A DNA stretch of 35,527 nucleotides from Jimgerdemannia flammicorona (GCA_003990765.1 RBNJ01000250.1:1-35527); one strand, 5' to 3'. Numbered from the stretch's first letter, positions 1 to 10,352 are shown. The notes: generated from the letters alone by a model not told the origin. A program made the numbers and translations.

Positions 1-61
1 TTTTTTGCCATTCTGGCTGACCTTTCATGGGTACCCTCTTTTCAATTCCTCCTCACGAAAG

Positions 62-557
62 CGTACGGTGAGATAGGCAACCCTGAGGCCAAGATACCAG
101 GTATACGTCTCTCCACGCCGGGGCCAAGGCGTCGTTGAAGATATTCGTATGTTGTTTGTCTCTCCAAGCGTATGTGTTGTCCTCAAAAATCTTGTGAATC
201 GTAATCACCAGGCAACGCCACGCTGATATTTGAGATCGAGCTCATGAACATTGACCCCAACATTGAGTACGTCAATTTTATTTTATTTTTAGTCACCATC
301 ATTCCACGTCTCATCCGTACACTAACAACCATCTCTCCAGGAACCGCTATTCCAGCCTGACCAAACTGGTGCCGTACGTGCTGATCGCCTGCATCCTCTT
401 TGCGGCTTACCGCTTCCGGCGCTTTGTTACGATCCGCCGCGGCGCCGCGCAGGAGGACATCGAGTTCTCGGCGCTACACGATCATGTTGGGGGTGGGCTG
501 CTGGGGCGGGGCGAGGACGAGGACGAGGAGGGAAGAGCCGCGACTAAGCAAGATTAG
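62..557 (+). CDS. 3' exons of an FKBP-type peptidyl-prolyl cis-trans isomerase with C-terminal TM helix (exons 62-100, 212-266, 341-557; 5' part outside window)
   Basis: Splicing GT..AG introns 101-211 and 267-340 (branch ACTAAC at 321-326) gives (A)YGEIGNPEAKIP-GNATLIFEIELMNIDPNIE-NRYSSLTKLVPYVLIACILFAAYRFRR...TKQD*. AYG..G....IP.NATLIFE.EL is the FKBP domain C-terminal signature. CpG-rich and undamaged. Confidence 0.9.
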
Positions 558-3261
558 TGAAAAGGGAGCGTTGCGGAAGCTAATGGGTTGCTGGGATGAG
601 GTGAGGCGTGCGACGATGCTTGGAAGCTTGGCGAATGTGTAGGTATGTCAGCAAACTTCATTGTTGATGTAATAGCGTGAGTGGCAATTTTTTTCTGTGT
701 AGCTATAATCAATCTTTCTCAAAGTAAAAGAAGCACCAAAGACAGTATTGGTGCTTACGGTTTTCTTAACGATTAAAGAAATATACATTAAACATTTTTT
801 ATATTTATTTATTATTTTTGCAGTGGATATTATAATTGATATTATAATTATTATTGTCATTATTCTCTTATTTATTATATGACATAGTGTGTGAAGTATA
901 TGTTGATCATACAATTTTACAATTTACTTGCATTGTTATTAATATCTACTATACTTATATTTCTATCAAGGAAGGTATTTCTCCGATTGTATATTAATAT
1001 TATGTGTTTGAGCGTCGATCTTTGAGACAGGATGGGTTGATTATATCACGTGAATCGTGTTGCATACAAACTACGTTTTTATATCTTAAACTAGCTATAC
1101 ATATAATTACATATTTTGCGGATTACCGTATTGGCCAAATAGGGGGGTCGTCTCAAGCGGAGCGTGACGTCGCAACCTATTTAACTTAACATACTATCCT
1201 GTTTGTAACACAAATTCGCCCCCAAAAGATAGGCACGTAGATCCAATTATACTGAGAATATTGAACTGTTGTTTATTTAAATATGTTACTAAGATATTTA
1301 TACAAAATAAAAGAGACAAGTGCAGATAAGAAATATATAAATAAAAAATCGATTACCAATAATATCTACTGATTTTCACGGCTTACTGTCTTTCCTCATG
1401 GCTTACTGTCTTTCTTCTAATGAGAAGGGTGCTAATTTGCTCTGTTAATTCATCGATAAAGCTGCTGGCTTCACCAGCATTAATTTCCTCCATCCTCCAA
1501 TATGTATCTCGCACCTGCTCCATCATTTCATTTACTTGTTGTCTTCTTTTCTCTGCTTCTAATTCAGCTTGTGTTCGCTCTAGTTGAGGTATTTCAACTA
1601 GCTCGCGTCTTTCATAAATTTCATAACCGCATTCTGCAAACATTTGCTGAAAGTTTTTCCATGCTTCTGCTGTCAGCAATTTAGTGCCGTACATATGTTC
1701 ATGGAAGATATGCTTGCAAGGTAATAAATACTCATTGAAAAACTTGCAATAGTACTTCAGTGTTGTAAGACCAGGTGTTGACATTTTATCAGTCAATCTT
1801 TTTTCTACTGTCTGAGCTTCATTAGTAATTAGCCTTTGAATAGGAGTAGGAAACTTATGTATCTCTTGAAGAATATCAACAGATATACCAGCTACTGAGA
1901 GTTTGCTAGTACAAAACTCAAAAGCAGTATGTGCCACATTATTAAATTTTTTAGTATCTATGGCTTTAATCTTTTGACAAGTATCTATAATATTTAAAAA
2001 AAAAACTTACCAATTAAACCATATCTATCTGAAGAAGTTAAGGATTTAAGCTCACTATAATATGATTTTAATGGACTTATTAAAGTTACTTAAAGAAGAA
2101 GTAGACAGTACTATTGTGCTCAAAGTCTCTACATCTGAGTATTTTTTTTATAGTTTCTAGTTATATATTGTTTGATACTATCAAGAGAACATATTTGAAT
2201 AGCCTCTTATATAGCATCTTTACATCTAATTTGAGTTCTTCTATATATTGTACTAATCATTTTATTATAAGTTTCTTCATGATAAATTTTGCTAATCTAT
2301 ATATATATAATATATATAGTATATAGAATAATTTTGCATTTCATCTCTCTAGCTATAATTCTAGTACTTTAGTAATACTATTGGCTTCAATACTATTTTG
2401 ATCAGAAAGTATATAATATATATACCAGTTTAGAGCAAACCAATGAATTTTCTTTAATCCTTAAAAGACTATAATACTGTCTTTATTAGTAATAAAAAAA
2501 ATGTCTACCAATATTTCAGCATTCATATATATTATGAATATATAAGGTAAAGAGCCACTATCTCTACTTATTAGTTTTATGTATTGAATCAATAAGTGTG
2601 AGCTATCTATATCTTGTCAATTTTTCAAGTTACTCTTATTTTATAAAAGCAAAGCCTTTTGTAGATTGTAATATTGAGCTGAATTATTTATATTGAAAGT
2701 TTTTTTCTTGTAAAAATTTTAATATCTCTTAAATATCAGTTTCTAGAGATTTGTCACCAATAAGTGAAATATTTAATAGACTATATAATATTCATCACAT
2801 ATTTGCTATATCTTTTGAGTCAATTACTGAATATCTAAATTTTTACTAAATATATTTATAGTAAGCTTTACAACAGTCTTAACAATTGCTGGAGGAGTAT
2901 AGACTTTGCTGACTTCATTATTTATCAATTGTTTGATAATTTTTAAATATTTGACCATATCACTCTTATCAAGAGTATATGTATAATTTGGAGTATTATT
3001 GGTAAATATATCAATATATACTGTTTATATTGCAATTATAATTATAGTTCTGATTTTTGCAAAGCATATATATGTATATCTGAATTACAGATTGTTATCT
3101 TTTATCATTTTTCATTTACCACTTCTTCTTGATGAATACTGGACTCTTGGTGTTTGTTGAGATGACAAATCCAAATTTTAATCTGATCACTATTTGTCTA
3201 TTTACTTTTGGTAAAAGATGTTTAGACATTTGACACATAGGTCTATTAATTGTTAAATTTG

Positions 3262-3665
3262 TATAACATTTTAGTATAGTTTATTTCTTTTCTTTGTCCT
3301 TCTTCAATATTCTATAATCTTCTGATACTTTCCGAATACTTAGAAACCCTTTCTTGGTGCTGAGCATTCTCTAGTACTTATTTAGTTAGTCACTGATTGT
3401 CCTGGAAACTTGTAGAACTTTATTTGTCATCATTTATCATCTTTACCAAGAACTTTCCTCTTGGTATTTTCCTTTGATTTCTCAGATCCTTCTGGATCCT
3501 TTTTTCAGATCTTGTATAAATATTCCCTTTGTTCTCATAAATAAAGTCTTAGAATATTTTCTCCCAGAAATCCTTTGAAGAACACTTGAATCCTTAGTAT
3601 CTCTTTGAGCTACTTAGGACTACCAGAATTAGTTGCTTTCTCATTTAGAAACTAGAACCATTACA
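3262..3665 (+). repeat. 5' LTR of element 1
   Basis: T(A)TAAC...TTACA. Colinear without gaps with 8892-9295. TATAAATA at 3515-3522, AATAAA at 3540-3545. Confidence 0.97.
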
Positions 3666-3667
3666 CT

Positions 3668-3679
3668 TGGTAGCAGTGG
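3668..3679 (+). promoter_or_regulatory. Primer-binding site, probably initiator tRNA-Met
   Basis: TGGTAGCAGTGG lies 2 nt after the LTR. Element 2 has TGGTAGCAGCAG, implying ancestral TGGTAGCAGCGG. TGGTAGC is complementary to the ...GCUACCA 3' end of initiator tRNA-Met. Confidence 0.75.
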
Positions 3680-4779
3680 TGAAGTTACACCTAGCCTTAT
3701 CAAGATACCTCTCAAGATATCAGTCACAACACTATAGAGGATAATGGGTGGAACCCTTTATACAGTACCTATGGTCCAGGTAATGCCTCATATAATCAGT
3801 ACAATCAGCAAGAAGAGGAGGAACAGCAAAACCCTACTCAGTCGAATGGGGCTATCAAGAGTCTTTTGCAGACTGCATTAGCTCATATTGCTCAACTTCA
3901 AGAATGCATAGAAAGAAAGGAAAGTAAGGCCCCCACTCATATCTCTGCACCTCTACTGATATCAATACATCTGACAGCAGTCACTATCAAGCCTCAGAAG
4001 CCTGACACTTTTGATGGTCAAAGAGGAGGACTGTCTACTGATGCCTGGCTTTTCCAATTGGAGCAATATGGAGAACTGACCAATTTGGAAGAAGCAACAC
4101 TAGTCCAATTTGCTGCCACACTCCTCTAAGGGAATACCACAATCTAGTGGTGAAATCATGTCCAGAATACCAGATTCTCTGGCTGAATCAAGACCTGGGA
4201 CAAATTCTCTGATGCTATTCAAGGCCAATTCAAACCAGTCAATAGCACCAAGGCCGCATGAGACCATCTGGCAAATATCAAACAACTCAAGTCTATGTAA
4301 GCATACAATGCACAATTCCTGTCAATCCTGTTAGAATTACCACATGTCACTAAAGATGAGAAGGTTGACCAGTACATCTGAGATCTAAAAGGTCAATCCC
4401 AAGTTCATGTTGAACTAGAAGAATCCAAGGACCTGGATATAGCAATGAAAATTGCTGATAGGTTTGATGTCATCACCTATGGTCAATACTTTGAATAGAA
4501 GAGACTGCCTTTCAACAACAACAACAACTACAGAAGGGAGGAACCCAAAGTCAGAACTGTTGGACCTGCCTCTATGGACCTAGATACTATCAATAAGAGC
4601 AAGAAAGGCAAGCTGATACCTGAGGAAAAGGAGTGTCTCAAGAAGGCTGGAGCCTGCTTCTTTTGTCATCAGCCTGGTCACATTGCAACCAAATGTCCCA
4701 AGAAAACTGCCAAAAACCAAAGAGGATCCTGGTCCTGTCCAAAGACACTCAAGGTCAACCAGTTGAACAAGAAGTTGTA

Positions 4780-5187
4780 CTCAATTTCATACAAGTTAAC
4801 CCCAAGGCCCAGATCCCTTAAGTATAGTCAGAAGGAGCCATTGGTTTAAACCTTCAAGCAGTACAATAAGTCACTATTCTGGCACATGAAAGAAGGCTCA
4901 TTCCAACTGGTCTTTCAGTCGAAATCCCCAAGGAACATTATGCAAGAATTGTGCCAAGATCTAGCCTTAGTTTCAAGCACTCATTAGATATTGGTGCTGG
5001 AGTCATTGACCCTGACTTCTAAGGTGAAATACAAGTCCTGCTAGTCAATCACAAGAACCAACCATATACTGTCAATGAAGGTGACAGAATTGCACAGCTC
5101 ATTCTAGAGTAAGCTACCCTACCAGTCATCAAAGAAGTCACTAAGCTGTCTTCAACCAAGTGAGATCAGAAAGGCTTTGGTAGTACT
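4780..5187 (+). pseudogene. dut: Trimeric dUTPase domain inside element 1 polyprotein
   Basis: One frame: KAQIP..SEGAIGLNL (motif 1), IPTGLSVEIPKEHYARIVPRSSL (motif 2), GAGVIDPDF*GEIQVLLVN (motif 3), EGDRIAQLILE (motif 4), TK*DQKGFGST (motif 5). It continues in frame into the protease. Confidence 0.95.
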
Positions 5188-8100
5188 GACAAAGTTACAA
5201 GCATAGCCAAGAACTAAGCCTATTCAATACTTATCTTCAAAGGTCTAGTCAAGGGATAAGAGCTAGATGTTCTCATAGACAGTGGAGCTGTTGGGAACTT
5301 CATCAACAAGAACCTTATCAACAAGCTCAAGATTCTCACCAAACCAGCCAGCAAGAATAGTGGAGTTGTCACTGCAGATGGCATCACCTTACCAATTGAC
5401 TCAATTGCTGCTAAACTTTCCCTCAAGATCCAGAAGTATTGGGAACATTTAGATTTCAAGGTAGCATCACTAGGAGACTATGATCTGATCCTAGATAAAC
5501 CCTGACTTACATGATATAACCCTCAGATTGATTGGACCAAGAATGAAGTCACCTTGATTTAAGATGGAGCCAATATTACTATCAAGCCAGACAAGACTCA
5601 GACAAGAACCCCAATTGCTACCCTTTCAGTAATTCAGTTCAAGAAGGCCCTCAAGAAAGCTACCTGTGCCTTTGTGGTACTGATCCAACTAAAGAAAAAA
5701 GACAAGAAGCTATCAATTAGTGAAAGCATCAAGTTACTGCTGAACAAGTACAAGGATGTCTTCCCAGACAAACTACCTGGTCTACCATCTTCAAGAGATC
5801 ATGACCACAAAATCAAGTTAGTACCTGATGCAGCTATACCTAAGAAGAAAATGTACCACATATCTCCACTCAAAATTGAAGCAGTCAAGAAGGAACTCAA
5901 TGAACTCATTGAGCAAGGAGCCATTCAACCAAGCAAGTCACCCTTTGGCTCCCCAGTCCTATTTGTCAAGAAAAAGGATGATACTCTGTAAATGTGTATA
6001 GACTACTGTGTACTCAACAAGATTACAATCAAGAACTATTATCCACTACCACTCATAGATCAAATCTTTGATGCTCTCAAGAATGCAAAGTACTTCACCA
6101 AGATTGATCTCACCTCTGGGTATCACCAAATTCGAATCAAGCCAGAAGACATACCCAAGACTGCCTTTATGACACCCTTTGGACTCTATGAATTTCTAGT
6201 CATGGCCTTTGGTCTCACTAATGTGCCAGCAACCTTTCAAGACCTCATGCAAACCATCTTCAAGGATCAGCTCTATATCTTTGTACTTATGTACATTGAT
6301 GACATCCTGATCTTCAGTAGTACTGAAGAAGAACACCTCAAGTACATTGAACAAGTCCTCAAGATCCTCTGTGAGAACAAGCTCTATGCAAAGCTCAAGA
6401 AATGTGAATTTTTCAAGGATCAAGTCGAATACCTTAGACACATTGTATCAGCCAAAGGAATTCAAGTAGACCCAAGGAAAATACAAGTCATTGAACAGTG
6501 GCCTGTATCAATAAACCTTACTGAACTCAGGTCCTTCCTTGGTCTGGCTGGATACTACCATCAATTTGTCAAGAACTTCTCTGACATCACAGAATCTTTA
6601 ACAAATCTCCTGTGAAAAGAACCCAACTCTGATCTCTATGTCTCCTACATCTGGGATGCCTTCTATTAACAAGCTTTTCAAGAACTCAAGAACCACCTGA
6701 CCCATGCACCTGTCCTTAGAAACTTGAAGTTCACAGTCACTATAGATATATCTAACTTTGCCATTAGTGCAGTCATTTCTCAAGATGATGGTCAAGGACA
6801 TCGACCTATTGCCTTTGAGTCAAGAAAATTGTCCCCAGCAGAACAAAAGCTGGCTACTCATGAAAAGGAACTTCTGGCAATCATGTATGCCCTCAAGACC
6901 TAGTGATATTATCTAGAAGGAGTTAAGTTTGACATGATCACTAATCACAGGTCCCTTCAGTACATCAACACTCAACCAACCCTTTCTTGCCAACAAGCCA
7001 AGTGGAGTCAACTACTTCAGATCTTTACCCCAAACATCATCTATAAGTCTGGCAAAACTCTAGTTGTACCAGATGCACTTTCAAGGAGACCTGACCTTGC
7101 CGCAATTTTACAAGTCACCATGGCACCTGAATTCCTCAACCAGATCAAGAAGGCATATGAACAAGACTCTCTGGTTCTACAAAGGAACACCAAGGAATTC
7201 AAGGAAAAGTACACCATCAAGGACAACCTCATGTACTATCAAGACAAAGTATATATTTCTGCTAACCCTGAACTATGGTATAAGATTCTTTATAAACATC
7301 ATGACTCCCCACTAGCTGGCCACCTTGGAACTGAGAAGACTATCAAGAATATCCAATGAGACTACTACTGGCCAAACATGCTCAAGGAAATCAAGGAGTA
7401 TATCCAAAGCTGCGATCTTTACTAAAGAAACAAGTCAAGTAACCAAGCACCTACCAGTCTTCTACAACCCTTGTCAATTCTGACCAAGAAGTTCAAACAA
7501 GTCACAATGGACTTCATTGTGCAACTCCCACAAACCAAAACAGGCTATGATGCTATTGTTGTATTTGTGGATTATCTCACCAAGATTACAATCACCGAGC
7601 CAACCACAATCAATACTACTACCCCAGAAATTGCAAGAATCTTCTTCAAGACTGTCTTCTGTCATTATAGACTTCCCCAAGTAATTATCAGCGACCATGA
7701 CCCCAAGTTCACAAGTCACTTCTGGCAAGCACTCTTCAAGACCCTTGGAACCCAAATTGCTATATCCACTGCCTTCCATCCTCAAACTGATGGACAGACC
7801 AAGCGAATGAACAGAACACTTGAACAAATGCTCAGAAACTATGTGTCTTATGAGCAAGATGATTGGGACTACTACCTGACCTATGCTGAGTTTGCCTACA
7901 ACAATGCCAACCAATCATCAACTGGTCTTTCCCCATTTCAGCTACTTCATGGTCAAAACCCCAAGATCCCTGCGAGCCTAGTTCAATTCCAGCAATTCAG
8001 TCACACTCAAGTCCCTATAGCCCAGAACCTTATTGACAAAATGAATTCCCTTCTCAAGATCACCACTACAAACCTACAAAAGACTCAGCAATATCAAGCT

Positions 8101-8410
8101 AAGTATGCAGATAAGAAGTGGCAAGATGTCATATACAACATTGGTGATATAGTTCTACTCAAAGCTGACAACATCAAGGCTCAATCTCAAGTCAATTGCC
8201 AGTCAGCCAAATTTCAGCCCAAGTACCTTGGACCCTTCGAGATCACTGAGCAAGTCTCTACCTGGTCTTACCATCTCAACTTACCAATAACCATACATAT
8301 ACACCCAGTATTCCATGTATCATATGTAACTCAAGGCCTGGAATCAGTCACCCCCATACCCTGGCTGAATTCCAACACCATCAGCACCAGTCATAGTTAA
8401 AGACCATATC

Positions 8411-8560
8411 GAGTATGAAGTTGAGAAAATTTTAGACAAGTGAGTCCAATACTGTTACACAGAATATCTAGTCAAGTGGATGGATTACCCTGAATATAAT
8501 GCCACCTGAGAATCTGCTGCCAATCTCAAAAACTCCCAAGATCTCATCCAAGAGTTCGAG
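8411..8560 (+). pseudogene. Integrase C-terminal chromodomain, element 1
   Basis: EYEVEKILDK*V....EYLVKWMDYPEYNAT*ESAANLKNSQDLIQEFE. Confidence 0.93.
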
Positions 8561-8878
8561 TAAAAAGGAACTCATTGACTGTCCATGAGGTTCTCCTCTT
8601 AGATAGTAGATGACCTACTGTACTGATCAGGCACATTACACATTGGGGCTCTCTAAGGGATACAGTATCAGAAGCAAGAGATATAGGAGAACCCTATTAA
8701 TCCTACAACTAATGAGGTTTGAACCAGTTCTCATCTGATCAAGATAATACTTTGGCCCTCGCCTTATACAAGGATGGCCAATCCTTGGCAATGAGTCAGT
8801 ATATTTAATTTGAAGTTTCTTTTAGTCTTATTGTTTATTATATATAACTTTGAGAATTCAACAAGGACATTAATTCTT

Positions 8879-8891
8879 AAGGAGGGAGAGA
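8879..8891 (+). promoter_or_regulatory. Polypurine tract, element 1
   Basis: AAGGAGGGAGAGA directly before the 3' LTR TGTAAC. Confidence 0.9.
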
Positions 8892-9295
8892 TGTAACATT
8901 TTAGCATAGTTTATTTCTTTTCTTTGTCCTTCTTCAATATTCTACAATCTTCTGGTACTTTCTGAATACTTAGAAACTCTTTCTTAGTGCCAAGCATCCT
9001 CTAGTACTTATTTAGTTAGTCACTGATTGTCCTGGAAACTTGTAGAACTTTATTTGTTATCATTTGTCATCTTTGCTGAGAACTTTCCTCTTGACATTTT
9101 CCTTTGATTTCTCAGATCCTTCTGGATCCTTCTTTCAGATCTTGTATAAATATCCCCTTTGTTCTCATGAATAAAGTCTCAGAATATTTTCTCCCAGAAA
9201 TCTTTTGAAGAACACTTGAATTCTTAGTATCTCTTCAAGCTACTTAGGACCACCAGAATTAGTTACTTCCTCATTTAGAAACTAGAACTGTTACA
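8892..9295 (+). repeat. 3' LTR of element 1
   Basis: TGTAAC...GTTACA terminal inverted repeat, 404 bp. Confidence 0.97.
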
Positions 9296-9430
9296 ATTCG
9301 TTTACTGAGAGCTAAAATGGCTGCTATATATCAAAAGCTATATTTATATTTCCTTTATTATTAATATAGTTACCATTATAATAAACTGTCAGATATAATA
9401 ATATTAAGATATGATAGAATTGTGATAGTT

Positions 9431-9730
9431 AGTCAATCTAGAAGAAAACTAGATACTAATTGTTCTAATAATCATACTATTATTCAGATAATTTTCTAAT
9501 TTCTAAAAAGTGTTTTCTGTAGATGATGAACTATTTGGTCAGACAGTCAATAAATGTAATAGATTTATAATAATCAGTCAATTTAGAAAAGAACTAGATG
9601 TTAATTGTTCTAGTAATTATACTATTATTCAGATGAATCTCTAATTCCTAAATACCAATTAAAGAAAACTAGATACTAATTATTCTAGCAGTCATACTAT
9701 TATTTAGATAATTTCCTAATTTCTAAAAAA
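9431..9730. repeat. ~75-80-bp degenerate repeat, three copies (starting ~9431, ~9576, ~9656)
   Basis: Recurrent AACTAGATRYTAATTRTTCTAR...ATACTATTATTYAGAT...CTAATTYCTAAA core. Confidence 0.8.
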
Positions 9731-9857
9731 TATTTCCTAATTATAGCAATGATGAGATAGTGAACTGCTGAGCAATAATAGATGATAAAAAACTGCTGAG
9801 TAGTAATGATAGATAATAAAAAACTAGTAGACAATAATAGATAATAATATTACTGAG

Positions 9858-9926
9858 TAGTGAAGATATGGTCTTGAGGGATAGTGAAGATATAGTCTCA
9901 GAGAGCAGCAAAGATATAATCTTGGG
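9858..9926. repeat. Left part of 24-bp minisatellite split by LTR element 2
   Basis: About 3 units of (AAGATRTRGTCTYRGRGRRCAGYA-like), ending in TSD TTGGG. Confidence 0.8.
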
Positions 9927-10352
9927 TATAATAATTTCACAGTCATATTTAGTCTTAGTATATTTTCACATCTTTTAGTTAGTCTTTTCTTGTCATTTCT
10001 TAAATATTCTACTATGTTCCACTACCTTCTACTTGCTTAAAAACCTTCTCTCAGCACTCAGATACTACTAGAATATTCTTGTCTTTCCTTAGCATCAAGT
10101 ATCTTATCTTAGCTAGTCATGGAACCTTTTGGAATATTGTAGAATAGTATTAGTCAGCTTTACTGAGAACCTATTTCTTGATATTTCTCTTTCTTTCTAA
10201 GATCCTTCCAGATCTTTCTTTCAGATCATATATAAATATCCTTATTATTTATCTAAATAAAGCTTAGAATATTTTCTCTCAGAAATTCTTTAAAAATACT
10301 TGAACCTTTAAGTATTTCTCTAAGCTACTTTAGGCTAACTAGAACTGTTACA
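9927..10352 (+). repeat. 5' LTR of element 2 (426 bp)
   Basis: TATAATAATTTCACAGTC...GAACTGTTACA. Matches 15474-15938 except for a 39-bp deletion near the end. Confidence 0.95.

Larger units (their letters stand above)
3744..8560 (+). pseudogene. gag-dUTPase-pol polyprotein of element 1 (start approximate)
   Basis: KPQKPDTFDG..WLFQLEQY (Gag), CFFCHQPGHIATKC knuckle (~4654-4696), VLIDSGA protease (~5270-5290), FLVMAFGLTN and YIDD (RT), ELLAI (RNase H), VTMDFI/ISDHDPKF/HPQTDGQT (integrase), YLGPF. In-frame stops mostly at Arg/Gln/Trp codons. Confidence 0.93.
3262..9295 (+). mobile_element. Ty3/Gypsy chromovirus LTR retrotransposon 1 (gag-dUTPase-PR-RT-RH-IN-chromo), structurally complete, degenerate
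   Basis: Two 404-bp LTRs, TSD ATTTG (3257-3261) / ATTCG (9296-9300), PBS, PPT, and domain order PR-RT-RH-IN-chromodomain. Confidence 0.97.
1383..9400 (-). pseudogene. MULE (Mutator-like) DDE transposase with SWIM zinc finger, degenerate, interrupted by LTR element 1 (3262-9295)
   Basis: Minus-strand translation gives LTLIDSIHKTN..WLFTLY (around 2570-2590, MULE first Asp), SPLKSYYSEL (~2050-2080, decayed NPLESYHSEL) and SWIM-like YYCKFFNEYLLPCKHIFH (ORF 1383-1937). The frame PF*LSVNEFNN**TYVSNV reads across the junction when LTR element 1 and one TSD copy are removed. Many stops. Confidence 0.85.

Noticed and set aside
400..1189. ORFs 400-642 (+), 648-914 (-) and 1004-1189 (+)
   Set aside because: Alternative frame of the FKBP last exon or low-complexity AT-rich 3' region, with non-ATG starts and no recognisable motifs.
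1359..1371. AATAATATCTACT matches 16399-16411 in inverted orientation, a possible MULE TIR pair
   Set aside because: Only 13 AT-rich bases, no extension on either side, no TSD, and a similar word occurs near 940.
5215..5217. In-frame TAA between dUTPase and protease shared with element 2 (11863-11865), suggesting programmed readthrough
   Set aside because: Both elements also share stops inside dUTPase motifs 3 and 5 (DF*G, *DQKG) that must be decayed CGA/CAA codons, so parallel stop gain is expected here. It cannot be called functional without an unmutated copy.
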